A stretch of DNA of 64,000 nucleotides from Candidatus Omnitrophota bacterium (GTDB lineage: Bacteria; Omnitrophota; Gorgyraeia; Gygaellales; Profunditerraquicolaceae), in the NCBI GenBank assembly GCA_041308845.1, contig JBFZAT010000059.1, positions 3,378 to 67,377 on the forward strand, in the 5' to 3' direction. Below are positions 26,038 through 36,587 of this stretch, piece after piece (positions within the stretch are counted from its first letter, which is position 1; the number at the start of each line of letters is the position of its first letter). A program made the position numbers and the translations under genes. A model generated the notes under the pieces. The model was not told the origin of the DNA and ran no database searches. It saw only the letters and a program-made list of their open reading frames with translations.

Positions 26038-26426
26038 TGTCTAAAAAGATTATGTTTTTACTACTGAGTTTTTTTATTCTGCAGACTGCTTGTGCTCAAA
26101 CAGAGAAGGCCAATCCTTATGAGTGGGATTTTGGGCAGGTTGTTTCCGGAGAGCTTGCAGAACATGATTTCGTAATTAAAAATTCCACTAGCGATATTTT
26201 AGAAATTAGCAATATACATAATTCTTGTGGATGCGTAGTCTCTCAACCGGCTAAAAAGTCTTTACTGCCGGAAGAAAGTGCAGCGGTGAAAGTAACATTT
26301 AATTCTAGCGGGTATGCCGGGCCGATTACCCAATTTGTATATGTGCATACCGATAATGCGGATCTGGCGATAATAAAACTTACAATTAAAGCCAATGTGG
26401 TATCTGAAAATAAGCCGTTAATTTAA
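26037..26426 (+). CDS. DUF1573-family secreted protein
   Basis: It has a signal peptide, the WDFGQV motif and a terminal NSCGCVVS motif characteristic of DUF1573. Confidence 0.45.
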   Translation: MSKKIMFLLLSFFILQTACAQTEKANPYEWDFGQVVSGELAEHDFVIKNSTSDILEISNIHNSCGCVVSQPAKKSLLPEESAAVKVTFNSSGYAGPITQFVYVHTDNADLAIIKLTIKANVVSENKPLI

Positions 26427-26441
26427 AGGAGGGTTAATTAA

Positions 26442-27404
26442 ATGTGGTCATTACAATTAAGAATGTGGTTATTGGTTACTTTGTTGTTCGGGATTATTTA
26501 TGCTTTAGTGGTGATCGTCGGGACCACTGTTTTGCAGGTTACGGATTTCAGTTTTTATTTAATTATCTCTTTGGCGATGATGGTCCTCCAGTATATGCTG
26601 GGGCCTAAAATTGTCGAATGGAGCATGCGGATAAAATATATCAGCCGGGATCAAAATCCGCGCCTTTTTCAAATCGTGGAGAGTTTAAGCGTGCGCGCCA
26701 ATATTCCGATGCCTAGAATCGGCATAGCTCAAATTGATATTCCTAATGCTTTTGCTTTCGGGCGTAGCTTAAAAGACGGCAGGGTTTGCGTAACCGGCGG
26801 CATTATTAATTTGCTTGATGAAGAAGAATTAAAAGCGGTGCTCGGCCATGAAATAAGCCACCTGAAAAACCGGGATGTGCTAACCATTACTTTGCTTTCT
26901 GTGATCCCGATGGTTATGTACCGCATTGCCTGGCAGTTTCTGTTTTTTGGCCGCCGCAGGGATGAGCGCAGCGGCAATACTATGTTAATTGGCCTGGCGG
27001 CTTTCTTTTTCTACTTTTTGACTAATCTTTTGGTGCTTTATGCTTCACGTATCCGGGAGTATTTTGCAGACCGGGGCTCGGTGCTCTTAGGTAATCAACC
27101 TAAAGCCTTGGCTTCCAGTCTTTATAAATTGGCTTATGGATCGGCCAGATTGAAACCGGAGTCTTTAAAACAATCGGAAGGGTTAAAAGCCTTTTTTATC
27201 AATGACCCATCAGCCGGCCGCAAAGAAGTTTTGGAGTTGGCGCAGTTGGATTTAGACAAGAGCGGCACCATTGATTCTGCCGAGCTGGAATTATTGAGGC
27301 AGTCCCGGATCCGTTTAAATTTAGGGGATAAGATGCTGGAGCTTTTAAGCACGCATCCAAACATGCTTAAACGGATTAAAAAGCTTTCAGAATACCGGGC
27401 TTAA
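26442..27404 (+). CDS. htpX: M48 family zinc metalloprotease HtpX-like
   Basis: It has N-terminal TM helices and HEISHLKNRD (HExxH), with the M48 fold layout. Confidence 0.7.
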   Translation: MWSLQLRMWLLVTLLFGIIYALVVIVGTTVLQVTDFSFYLIISLAMMVLQYMLGPKIVEWSMRIKYISRDQNPRLFQIVESLSVRANIPMPRIGIAQIDIPNAFAFGRSLKDGRVCVTGGIINLLDEEELKAVLGHEISHLKNRDVLTITLLSVIPMVMYRIAWQFLFFGRRRDERSGNTMLIGLAAFFFYFLTNLLVLYASRIREYFADRGSVLLGNQPKALASSLYKLAYGSARLKPESLKQSEGLKAFFINDPSAGRKEVLELAQLDLDKSGTIDSAELELLRQSRIRLNLGDKMLELLSTHPNMLKRIKKLSEYRA

Positions 27405-27429
27405 AAAGGTTCAATAGTAGCAGAAAAAA

Positions 27430-27470
27430 GGGGGGGTTTCAGCGATATGGAAGCGCCCCCGTTTTCTTTT
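27430..27470 (+). terminator. Rho-independent terminator after htpX
   Basis: A GGGGGG...CCCCC stem is followed by GTTTTCTTTT. Confidence 0.5.
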
Positions 27471-27506
27471 GACATAACCTCAAATATACTATATAATTAC
27501 TAAACT

Positions 27507-28961
27507 ATGGATATTAACGAAATTATACAGCAGAGAATTGCTAAATTGGATGCTTTGGGCAGTAAAAATGTGGCTGCTTATCCGTCAAATGTGCCTGCGC
27601 ATATTGCAATCGGTGCAGCTTTGGCTGATTTTCAGGAAGGTAAAAAAATTACTCTCTGCGGCAGGGTTACGGCTAACCGCGCGCACGGTAAAGTTAATTT
27701 TATGGACTTAAAGGACTCTAGTGGCAAGATCCAGCTTTATATTAAGCGGGATATTCTTGGCCAGGAAAAGTCGGCCTGGCTCGCAGACCTGGATATTGCC
27801 GATATTTTAAGCGTAAGCGGTGAACTTTTTAAAACCCATACCGGAGAATTAACGCTGAAAGTCCAGGATCTTACGGTATTAGCTAAAGCTTTACGGCCGC
27901 TTCCAGAGAAATGGCATGGTTTAAAGGACGTTGAGCTGCGCTATAGGCAGCGTTATCTTGACCTGCTTTCTAATGAAGAGGTAAAAAAGGTATTTTTATT
28001 GCGCGCTAAGATTATTCAGGCGGTGCGCAGTTTCTTGGATGCCCGGGGATTTTTAGAAGTGGAGACTCCGATGATGCATGATATTGCCGGAGGTGCCGCC
28101 GGCCGGCCATTTAAGACTTTCCATAATGAATATAGCATGGATTTATATTTGCGCATTGCCCCGGAGCTCTATTTAAAACGTTTACTGGTAGCCGGCCTGG
28201 ATCGGGTTTATGAAATCAACCGTTCATTTCGTAATGAAGGTGTTTCAACCCGGCATAATCCGGAGTTTACCATGCTAGAGGTTTATCAGGCTTACGCCGA
28301 TTATGAAGACATGATTAATTTGACCCAAGATTTAATTTGTTATATAGCGAAAGAGGTTCTAGGCAAAGAGCAGCTGCTTTATCAGGGTAAAACCATTGAC
28401 CTGAAAACTCCCTGGAACAGGCAGTCATTTGCCGGATTAGTTAAATCTAAATTTGGCATAGAGCCCCAAGATGAACCGGCGGTGATGTTGACTAAATTGC
28501 AGGCTAAGGGCCTGGCTCAGGAGAAGAGCCGCTTGAGCCGCTCTCAAATCAATAAGATTGTGGAAGATGCTTTGGAGCAGGAGCTGCAGGTTAACCCGAC
28601 TTTTATTACCGATTATTTCACTGCCTTATGCCCTTTAGCTAAAACGAAAAAAGATAATCCTTTGATTTCTGAAAGATTCGAGCTTTACCTGGCGGGGATG
28701 GAAGTAGCGAATGCTTATTCAGAGCTAAATGATCCCCGGGAACAACGCCGGCGTTTTGAAGAAGAAATCAAGGGGTTAAATGCCGATGAACAAAAGAATG
28801 TGGATGAAGAATACCTTTTAGCTTTAGAGCATGGTATGCCTCCGGCCGGAGGGTTGGGGATTGGTATTGACCGGCTGGTGATGCTGCTTTGCGATCAGCC
28901 ATCGATCAGGGATGTAATTTTGTTCCCTCTGCTGCGCTGCCAAGAGGAACAAAAGGTTTAA
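27507..28961 (+). CDS. lysS: Lysyl-tRNA synthetase (class II)
   Basis: It has an OB-fold N-domain and class II core motifs (FRNEG, GGLGIGIDRLVMLL). Confidence 0.9.
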   Translation: MDINEIIQQRIAKLDALGSKNVAAYPSNVPAHIAIGAALADFQEGKKITLCGRVTANRAHGKVNFMDLKDSSGKIQLYIKRDILGQEKSAWLADLDIADILSVSGELFKTHTGELTLKVQDLTVLAKALRPLPEKWHGLKDVELRYRQRYLDLLSNEEVKKVFLLRAKIIQAVRSFLDARGFLEVETPMMHDIAGGAAGRPFKTFHNEYSMDLYLRIAPELYLKRLLVAGLDRVYEINRSFRNEGVSTRHNPEFTMLEVYQAYADYEDMINLTQDLICYIAKEVLGKEQLLYQGKTIDLKTPWNRQSFAGLVKSKFGIEPQDEPAVMLTKLQAKGLAQEKSRLSRSQINKIVEDALEQELQVNPTFITDYFTALCPLAKTKKDNPLISERFELYLAGMEVANAYSELNDPREQRRRFEEEIKGLNADEQKNVDEEYLLALEHGMPPAGGLGIGIDRLVMLLCDQPSIRDVILFPLLRCQEEQKV

Positions 28962-28962
28962 T

Positions 28963-30174
28963 ATGTTTTCAGAATTATGGCTTAGCCAGAGATACCTGCG
29001 GGCAGGTAAAAAAGAAAAAATTATTTCGATCACCGCATTGATTTCTATTATCGGAATCGCCATCGGAGTAATGGTTTTAATCGTGGTGATTTCGGTGATG
29101 AGTGGATTCGACCGGTTCTTAGAGGATAAGATGGTGGGTACTAATGCCCATCTCTCGCTGGAATTTTATAACGGTACCCAGGATTCCCGCAGGGTCATTG
29201 ATAAACTTAAAACTTTGCCCTACGTAAAGGGGGTTTCACCTTTTATTGACGGGCAGGCCCTGGTCAAGACCGGTACATCAGTCTTCGGGGTTCAGGTGCG
29301 CGGGATTGATCCTCAATTGCAGGCGCAGACCTCTAAGCTTAATGAGTATTTGCAAGCCGGCAGCTATGAGTTAGCTGCTGACGAAGTGGCTTTAGGTAGC
29401 GAGCTAGCTTTTCGTCTGGGGTTGGAACCGGGTAAAGTTTTTAGCATGATTTCTCCGGTAACTTTAGCTAAAACCGATTTTTTGGTCAGAGGAATTTTTA
29501 ATAGCGGCATGTACCTGTATGACTCTAGTTTAATTTTGATGAGCATCCAGGGTGCGCAAGATTTCTACCAGATGTCCGGCTCGGTTAGCGGGGTTGCGGT
29601 TTCGGTAGCCGACATTTATAGAGTCGAGAATATTAAAGAGCGGCTATACCGGGATTTGACCGGTTTTGGGCCTTACCAGGTGCGTACCTGGATTGATGCC
29701 AATAAGAATTTTCTCGAAGCCTTAAAGCTAGAGAAAATTATTATGTTTATTGTGGTGACGATGACCACGGTAGTTGCGGCATTTGGGATCGTGAGCACCC
29801 TGATTATGTCGGTAATGAGCCGGATTAAAGATATCGGTATCTTGCGTTCAGTGGGGGCTAAGACTAAAAGCATTCTGCAGATTTTTATTTTTCAGGGGAT
29901 GGCCATCGGTACAATCGGAATTCTTTTAGGTTTTTTTTCGGGGGTCGGCTTGGCGCTTTCTCTGGATAAAGTAGTGAACTTGATCTCTAAGATTATCGGC
30001 CGTAGCTTGATTCCTAAAGATATTTACTACTTTGATCGTATTCCGGTCAATATTAATCTCGGGGATATCAGCGTGATTGTTATTTCGGCGCTGGTGATTA
30101 CTTTAGCGGCCAGTATTTATCCGGCATATTATGCCAGCCGGATAATTCCCAGTGAGGCGGTTAGGCATGAATAG
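28963..30174 (+). CDS. Lipoprotein-releasing system permease LolC/LolE (FtsX-like/MacB-type)
   Basis: It has four TM segments, a large periplasmic loop, FtsX-family C-terminal TMs, and an adjacent LolD-like ATPase. Confidence 0.6.
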   Translation: MFSELWLSQRYLRAGKKEKIISITALISIIGIAIGVMVLIVVISVMSGFDRFLEDKMVGTNAHLSLEFYNGTQDSRRVIDKLKTLPYVKGVSPFIDGQALVKTGTSVFGVQVRGIDPQLQAQTSKLNEYLQAGSYELAADEVALGSELAFRLGLEPGKVFSMISPVTLAKTDFLVRGIFNSGMYLYDSSLILMSIQGAQDFYQMSGSVSGVAVSVADIYRVENIKERLYRDLTGFGPYQVRTWIDANKNFLEALKLEKIIMFIVVTMTTVVAAFGIVSTLIMSVMSRIKDIGILRSVGAKTKSILQIFIFQGMAIGTIGILLGFFSGVGLALSLDKVVNLISKIIGRSLIPKDIYYFDRIPVNINLGDISVIVISALVITLAASIYPAYYASRIIPSEAVRHE

Positions 30175-30847
30175 GCAGATACTGAAGGTTAGCGCTATTG
30201 GTAAAATTTATAAAGATAATTCCAGTAACTTGGAGGTATTAAAGGATATTAATTTTAGCGTTGCCCAGGGTGAGTTTTTAGTTATCCAGGGGCCTTCGGG
30301 GGCGGGTAAATCCACGCTTTTGCATATTTTAGGCGGCCTGGATAATCCGACCGGCGGAGCGGTTTATTTTCAAGGTAAAGATATTTATACTTTGGATGAA
30401 AATGCGCGCAGTGCTTTCCGTAATCAACAGATCGGTTTTGTTTTTCAGTTCTTCCACCTTTTACCAGAATTAAGCGCCCTGGAAAATGTTTTGTTGCCGG
30501 GGATCTTAAGATCTTGGTGGGAAAGGAAAAAAAGTCTCGGGGCAGCGATTGAACTTTTAGCTAAGTTGGGATTATCCGCCAGGCTTAAACACCGCCCTAG
30601 CGCTTTAAGCGGAGGAGAGCAGCAAAGAGTAGCTTTGGCCCGGGCTTTGATTAACCGTCCCCAGCTTTTGCTTTGTGATGAACCGACGGGAAACCTGGAT
30701 TCAGAAAACGGCAAAAAGATCCTGCAGCTTTTAGTAGAGTTGAACCAGAGCCAAAAGATCACCCTAGTGATGGTCACTCATGATCCGGATATCGCCGGCC
30801 AGGCGCAAAGAGTGATGCATCTGAAGGATGGAATGATTTTAAACTAG
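30152..30847 (+). CDS. lolD: ABC transporter ATP-binding protein LolD-like
   Basis: Walker A is GPSGAGKST, the signature is LSGGEQQRVALARAL, and Walker B is LLLCDEPT. Confidence 0.7.
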   Translation: MRRLGMNRQILKVSAIGKIYKDNSSNLEVLKDINFSVAQGEFLVIQGPSGAGKSTLLHILGGLDNPTGGAVYFQGKDIYTLDENARSAFRNQQIGFVFQFFHLLPELSALENVLLPGILRSWWERKKSLGAAIELLAKLGLSARLKHRPSALSGGEQQRVALARALINRPQLLLCDEPTGNLDSENGKKILQLLVELNQSQKITLVMVTHDPDIAGQAQRVMHLKDGMILN

Positions 30848-30922
30848 GCATACAGCTATTGGGCAGATAACTACCGGGAATCCAGCTTTAGCCCGGGGTG
30901 CATTTTAGCGAAAGGAATAAAT

Positions 30923-31792
30923 ATGAAAATTTATATCAACGGAAAATTTTATGATAAAAACAATGCCAAGATTTCGGTGTTCGATCATGGTCTACTCTAC
31001 GGTGACGGGGTTTTTGAAGGGATCCGTTCCTATAATCGCCGGGTGTTTAAATTAAAGGAGCATGTTGACCGGCTTTTTGAATCTGCCCAGAGCATTATGT
31101 TAAATATCCCTTTGACCAGAGAGCAGCTGATTAAGGCGGTGGTTGCTACATTGAAAGCTAATAAATTAGCCGATGGCTATATTCGTCTGGTGGTGACTCG
31201 CGGAGCAGGGGATTTAGGTTTGGATCCGCGTAAATGTAATCAGGGCTCGACGGTTATTATCATTGCCGATAAGATTGCTTTGTATCCGCAGAAACTCTAT
31301 CGCGAGGGGTTAAGCATTGTTACCGTGCCTACGGTACGGAATTTGCCGGAAGCGCTTAATCCGCAGATTAAGTCTTTGAATTATTTGAATAATATTCTGG
31401 CTAAGATCGAAGCGGCTAACGCCGGCTGCGATGAAGCAATTATGCTGGATTCTTTAGGGTATGTAGCCGAGTGTACTGGAGATAATATTTTTGTGGTCAA
31501 AAACGGCCATCTTTACACTCCTCCGCAGTGTATGGGGACTTTACGCGGGATTACCCGTGATTCTATCCTAGAGATCGCCCGCAGGTATAAGATTGCTGCG
31601 CACGAACATGTAATTACGCGCCATGAAGTTTATATTTCAGATGAATGTTTCCTGACCGGAACTGCTGCTGAGGTGATCCCGGTTGTGAAAGTCGACGGCC
31701 GGATGATCGGGCGGGGTGTGCCCGGTAAGCTTACCTTGAGTCTGATGAAGAAGTTTAAACAGCTGACGGTTAAAAACGGAGTAAAATATTAA
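30923..31792 (+). CDS. ilvE: Class IV aminotransferase (branched-chain amino acid or D-amino acid aminotransferase)
   Basis: The N-terminus FDHGLLYGDGVFEGIRSY and the fold IV layout fit this class. Confidence 0.7.
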   Translation: MKIYINGKFYDKNNAKISVFDHGLLYGDGVFEGIRSYNRRVFKLKEHVDRLFESAQSIMLNIPLTREQLIKAVVATLKANKLADGYIRLVVTRGAGDLGLDPRKCNQGSTVIIIADKIALYPQKLYREGLSIVTVPTVRNLPEALNPQIKSLNYLNNILAKIEAANAGCDEAIMLDSLGYVAECTGDNIFVVKNGHLYTPPQCMGTLRGITRDSILEIARRYKIAAHEHVITRHEVYISDECFLTGTAAEVIPVVKVDGRMIGRGVPGKLTLSLMKKFKQLTVKNGVKY

Positions 31793-31794
31793 AA

Positions 31795-32310
31795 ATGCTT
31801 TGTGACATTTGTAATAAAAATCCGGCTACTGTGCATTTAACTGAGATCATCGATGAGCAGATGAATGAGTTACATTTATGCGAAGATTGCGCCCGGCATA
31901 AGAGTGCAGCGATGGAGCAACAGTTTGGTTTAAGCGACCTGCTTGCCGGCATGGCGGATTTTGAAAAACCTACAAACAAAGAAGAAGAACTGGTAACGAC
32001 TAAATGCCCGTCTTGCGGTTTAACTTACGCGGATTTTAAGAAGATCGGCCGGCTGGGCTGCGGAGACTGCTATAATACTTTCCGTAAATACCTGGCCCCT
32101 CTACTAAAACGTATCCACGGTTCTAACCAGCATATCGGTAAAAACCCGGCGAAAGCCAAGGTGGCGGTTAGGTCTTATAAAAAGAAGAACGGTTTAGCGG
32201 AATTAAAAATCCAATTACAGAAAGCTATCCAACAGGAGGCTTTTGAAGAAGCAGCGCGCTTACGGGATCAGATTAAAGCAGTAGAATCGCAGAAAGAAAA
32301 AGAAGAATAA
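31795..32310 (+). CDS. mcsA: McsA-like protein (zinc-finger/UVR-domain activator of the McsB arginine kinase)
   Basis: It has two CxxC pairs, CDIC...CEDC and CPSC...CGDC, and a C-terminal UVR motif LQKAIQQEAFEEAARLRDQI. Confidence 0.7.
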   Translation: MLCDICNKNPATVHLTEIIDEQMNELHLCEDCARHKSAAMEQQFGLSDLLAGMADFEKPTNKEEELVTTKCPSCGLTYADFKKIGRLGCGDCYNTFRKYLAPLLKRIHGSNQHIGKNPAKAKVAVRSYKKKNGLAELKIQLQKAIQQEAFEEAARLRDQIKAVESQKEKEE

Positions 32311-32311
32311 T

Positions 32312-33364
32312 ATGCAGATTAATGATTTGATCAACCATACTAGTGAGTGGCTCAAAGGGACCGGCCCGCATTCGGACGTAGTTATTTCCAGCCGGATCCG
32401 GCTGGCCAGGAATCTTAATAAATTTCCTTTTCCGCATTGGGCTTCTAAGGCACAGTTAAATAACGTTCTGGAGCTGACTCACCAGGCGCTGGAGAAGATA
32501 GAGCTACTGAAGCATTCCACGCTTTTTGTTCTGGCAGACTTAGATAGTATTGATAAGCAGTTTTTAGTAGAGCGGCACTTGATGTCTATCGAACATACCC
32601 AGAAAACAGAGCAGAAGGCGGTATCGGTTAATGATGAAGAAAATATCGCCGTGATGATTAACGAGGAGGACCATTTACGCATTCAATTGATGCAGTCGGG
32701 GTTTAATCTTTTTGAAGCCTGGGAGATTATTAACGGTATCGACGATGCTTTAGCCAAGCTTCTGGATTATGCTTATCTGGCTGATTTTGGCTATCTTACT
32801 GCTTGCCCGACGAATACCGGCACCGGTATGCGCGGGTCGGTTATGCTGCATTTACCGGCGCTGGTAATGAGCCGGCAGATCGAACGAGTTTTGGCGGCTA
32901 TTGCCAAGCTAAGTTTTACTACCCGTGGACTCTACGGAGAGGGTACCCAGGCCAGCGGTAATTTTTTCCAGATTTCTAATCAAGTCTCATTGGGGCATAG
33001 CGAAACCGAAATTATCGAGAACATTAATGGTTTAATTCGCCAGATTATTGAACAGGAAACTCAGGCTCGGGAAATTATGTTGACCAAAAGCAAGGAAATT
33101 CTGGAAGACAGGATTAACCGTTCTTTGGGTATTTTAAAAAGCGCCCGGATTATTACTAGCCAGGAAACAATTGAATTATTGTCTATGGTTAGGCTGGGCA
33201 GTGATTTAGGGATGATCAAAGGTATTGACCGGTTGACGATCAATGAGCTTTTTATTATTACTCAACCGGCGCATTTACAGAAACTGGAGAAGGTTAAGCT
33301 TTCATCAGATCAGCGGGATCTTAAAAGGGCAGAGTTAATTCGTAAGAAACTTAACTTTTTATAA
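32312..33364 (+). CDS. mcsB: Protein arginine kinase McsB (ATP:guanido phosphotransferase)
   Basis: It carries the CPTNTGTGMRGS active-site motif. Confidence 0.8.
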   Translation: MQINDLINHTSEWLKGTGPHSDVVISSRIRLARNLNKFPFPHWASKAQLNNVLELTHQALEKIELLKHSTLFVLADLDSIDKQFLVERHLMSIEHTQKTEQKAVSVNDEENIAVMINEEDHLRIQLMQSGFNLFEAWEIINGIDDALAKLLDYAYLADFGYLTACPTNTGTGMRGSVMLHLPALVMSRQIERVLAAIAKLSFTTRGLYGEGTQASGNFFQISNQVSLGHSETEIIENINGLIRQIIEQETQAREIMLTKSKEILEDRINRSLGILKSARIITSQETIELLSMVRLGSDLGMIKGIDRLTINELFIITQPAHLQKLEKVKLSSDQRDLKRAELIRKKLNFL

Positions 33365-33379
33365 TTATGAGGAGAGATT

Positions 33380-35800
33380 ATGTTTAATCGTTTTACGGAG
33401 CGGGCCAGGAAAGTTATCATTTTAGCTAAGGAAGAAGCCAGACGTTTTAATCATGACTATATCGGTACTGAACATATACTTCTGGGTTTAATCCGCGAAG
33501 GAGAAGGTGTAGCGGCAGCAGTTTTACAAAAATTGGAGATTTCGCTGGAAAATATCCGGTTGGAGATTGAAAAATTGGTGCAGCCTGGGCCGACTACCCA
33601 GATTATCGGAGATATTCCTTTCACCCCGCGGGCCAAAAAGGCTTTAGAGTTGGCTGCTGAGGAAGCGCGTTCCCTGGGGCATAATTATATCGGTACGGAA
33701 CATCTTTTGTTGGGTTTAATCCGCGAAGGAGAAGGGATTGCTTCGCAGGTGTTATTGAATTTAGGTATGGATTTAAATTCTGTACGCAATGAGGTGATGA
33801 ACCTTTTAGGTTCTGCTTTACCGGGGATGAGTCCGCAAGGGGCGCAAGCGACCAAATCTAAAACTCCGGCTTTGGATGCTTTCGGCCGGGACCTGACGGC
33901 TTTGGCCCGCGATAATAAATTAGATCCGGTTATTGACCGCACCCAGGAAATCGAACGGGTAGTTCAGATTTTAAGCCGGCGCACGAAAAATAATCCCGTG
34001 CTTTTAGGAGAAGCCGGCGTAGGTAAAACCGCTATTGTTGAAGGCTTAGCTCAGCTGATTATTATCGGCAATATCCCGGAAGTCTTGCGGGGTAAACGGA
34101 TTGTTGTCCTGGATTTAGCTTTGATGGTAGCTGGGACTAAATACCGCGGCCAGTTCGAGGAGAGGATTAAAGCAATTATGGAGGAGATTAAGCGCTCTCA
34201 GGATGTGATTATTTTTATTGATGAGTTGCATACTTTAGTGGGTGCCGGAGCAGCTGAGGGAGCAATTGACGCCTCTAATATTATGAAACCGGCGCTTTCC
34301 CGCGGGGAAATGCAGTGCATCGGGGCCACGACGATCAATGAATATCGTAAATACATTGAAAAAGACGCTGCTTTAGAGCGCCGTTTTCAAACGATTATGG
34401 TCGAGCCGCCGACGGTTGAGCAGACGGTGGAAATTTTGAAAGGCCTGCGCGATAAATACGAAGCCCACCACCGGGTTACTTTTAAGGATGAATCATTAGA
34501 GGCAGCAGCGCTTTTAAGCGATCGCTACATTACCGGAAGATTTATGCCGGATAAGGCGATTGATTTAATTGATGAAGCCGGCTCGCGGGCGCGGTTAAAT
34601 GTTTTAATTGTCCCGGAGAACATTAAAACTATTGAGGCTAATGTCGAATCTTTAAGGAAGGAAAAAGAGGCTTATATTAAAAGCCAGGATTTTGAAAAGG
34701 CCGCTTCGCTTAGGGACCAGGAGCGTACTGCCCGTCAGGAATTAGAAAGGCTGAATAAGGAATGGAGTCAGGCTAAAGATAAAATGCGTCCGGAGGTGAC
34801 CGCCGAAGACATCGCTAAAATTTTAGCGCAATGGACAGGTATTCCGATTTTCAGGTTGGAAGAAAAAGAAAGTGAAAAACTGCTTAAGATTGAAGAGGAA
34901 TTGCACAAGCGGGTGGTTGGTCAGAACGAGGCGATTGCGGCTATTGCGCATGCGGTACGGCGTTCGCGGGCCGGGATTAAAGATCCGAAACGGCCGATCG
35001 GTTCATTCATATTCTTGGGCCCCACCGGCGTAGGTAAAACTTTGCTTGCCCGGGCACTGGCGGAGTTTATGTTTGGCGATGAAGATGCGTTGTTGCAGAT
35101 AGACATGTCTGAATATATGGAAAAATTTAATGTCTCACGGTTAATCGGGGCTCCTCCGGGTTATGTCGGATATGAAGAAGGAGGCCAGTTGACCGAACGG
35201 GTCCGCCGCCGTCCTTATGCGGTTATACTGCTGGATGAAATTGAAAAAGCGCATCCGGACGTTTTTAGTTTATTGCTGCAAGTTTTCGAAGAGGGGCGAT
35301 TGACCGATAGTTTCGGCCGTAAGGTTAACTTTAAAAATACCATTATTATTATGACTTCAAACGTTGGTGCAGAATTAATCCGCAAGACCGGCTCGCTGGG
35401 TTTTAAATCCCAGAAAGAAGAAGGCACCTACCAGGAGATGAAAGATAAATTGCTGGAAGCGGTCAAGCATGCTTTTAAGCCGGAGTTTCTCAACCGGATC
35501 GATGATATTATTGTCTTTAAGCAATTAATCCGGGAGGATCTGGCTAAGATTATCGATATCGAAGTTGGTTATGTGATTCAACGCTTGAAAGAGCAAAAAA
35601 TATTTTTGGAAGTCAGCCAGGAAGCTAAGGATTTATTGATTGAGAAAGGGTTTGATCCGGTTTTCGGGGCCCGGCCGTTAAAAAGGACGATCCAGAGATT
35701 CCTGGAAGATTCGCTAGCTAATGAGATTATTTCCAAGAAATATAAGGAGGGCTCGGTGATTAAAGTCACCCGGAAGAACGAAGAGCTGATTTTCGAATAA
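33380..35800 (+). CDS. clpC: Clp ATPase ClpC
   Basis: It has two Clp_N repeats, two AAA+ modules ([16 protein letters not shown]) and a middle UVR-like coiled coil. Confidence 0.9.
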   Translation: MFNRFTERARKVIILAKEEARRFNHDYIGTEHILLGLIREGEGVAAAVLQKLEISLENIRLEIEKLVQPGPTTQIIGDIPFTPRAKKALELAAEEARSLGHNYIGTEHLLLGLIREGEGIASQVLLNLGMDLNSVRNEVMNLLGSALPGMSPQGAQATKSKTPALDAFGRDLTALARDNKLDPVIDRTQEIERVVQILSRRTKNNPVLLGEAGVGKTAIVEGLAQLIIIGNIPEVLRGKRIVVLDLALMVAGTKYRGQFEERIKAIMEEIKRSQDVIIFIDELHTLVGAGAAEGAIDASNIMKPALSRGEMQCIGATTINEYRKYIEKDAALERRFQTIMVEPPTVEQTVEILKGLRDKYEAHHRVTFKDESLEAAALLSDRYITGRFMPDKAIDLIDEAGSRARLNVLIVPENIKTIEANVESLRKEKEAYIKSQDFEKAASLRDQERTARQELERLNKEWSQAKDKMRPEVTAEDIAKILAQWTGIPIFRLEEKESEKLLKIEEELHKRVVGQNEAIAAIAHAVRRSRAGIKDPKRPIGSFIFLGPTGVGKTLLARALAEFMFGDEDALLQIDMSEYMEKFNVSRLIGAPPGYVGYEEGGQLTERVRRRPYAVILLDEIEKAHPDVFSLLLQVFEEGRLTDSFGRKVNFKNTIIIMTSNVGAELIRKTGSLGFKSQKEEGTYQEMKDKLLEAVKHAFKPEFLNRIDDIIVFKQLIREDLAKIIDIEVGYVIQRLKEQKIFLEVSQEAKDLLIEKGFDPVFGARPLKRTIQRFLEDSLANEIISKKYKEGSVIKVTRKNEELIFE

Positions 35801-36585
35801 TGCTTAATTTATTTTTTATCGATCTGGGCCGCAAGGTGCTTTCTTTTATGTATTTCTGCGGTGGCCTGGCTAATCTGACTATTCAGACCGTCCACCAGAC
35901 ATTGAAGCCTCCTTATAAGCCTGGTCCAATCTTTGAGCAGTCTAAGAAAGCCGGTTATGACAGTTTGCCGATCGTTTCGGTGGTGGCTCTGTTTATCGGT
36001 TTTATCTTTGCGTTGCAATTTGGCTATTTTATGCAGCGTATCGGCTCGGAGATGTATATTGCCAGTTTAGTGGCGTTAGCCATTGTGCGGGAATTAGGGC
36101 CGGTAATTACCGCTTTAATTGTTGCCGGAAGAGTCGGAGCGGCTAATACCGCAGAGTTAGGCTCGATGCAGGTAACCGAACAGATCGACGCTTTGGAAAC
36201 ATTGGCGACTAATCCGGTAAAATATTTAGTTGTGCCGCGTTTTGTAGCCTTGGGGGTTATGTTGCCCTTGCTTACTTTGTATGCCAATATTATCGGCATC
36301 CTGGGTAGCTACCTGATTTGCGTATTGAAGTTAGGAATTACCGGCAGGATGTATATGAATATGACTTTTTCTGCTTTGTTTTACAAAGATTTATTCACCG
36401 GTTTATTTAAAGCCGGTATTTTTGGCATGGTGATTGCTCTGGTCAGTTGTTATGAAGGTTTTAATGTTGAAGGCGGAGCGGTGGGGGTAGGCAGAGCCAC
36501 GACGCGTTCGGTGGTTTTTAGTTTTCTGATGATTTTGGCAGCGGATTGTTTCTTTACTGCTTTATTCTATTTTATTTTTCCTTAA
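35800..36585 (+). CDS. mlaE: Phospholipid ABC transporter permease MlaE
   Basis: It has MlaE/Ttg2B-family TM topology and is followed by mlaF and mlaD. Confidence 0.7.
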   Translation: MLNLFFIDLGRKVLSFMYFCGGLANLTIQTVHQTLKPPYKPGPIFEQSKKAGYDSLPIVSVVALFIGFIFALQFGYFMQRIGSEMYIASLVALAIVRELGPVITALIVAGRVGAANTAELGSMQVTEQIDALETLATNPVKYLVVPRFVALGVMLPLLTLYANIIGILGSYLICVLKLGITGRMYMNMTFSALFYKDLFTGLFKAGIFGMVIALVSCYEGFNVEGGAVGVGRATTRSVVFSFLMILAADCFFTALFYFIFP

Positions 36586-36587
36586 CA

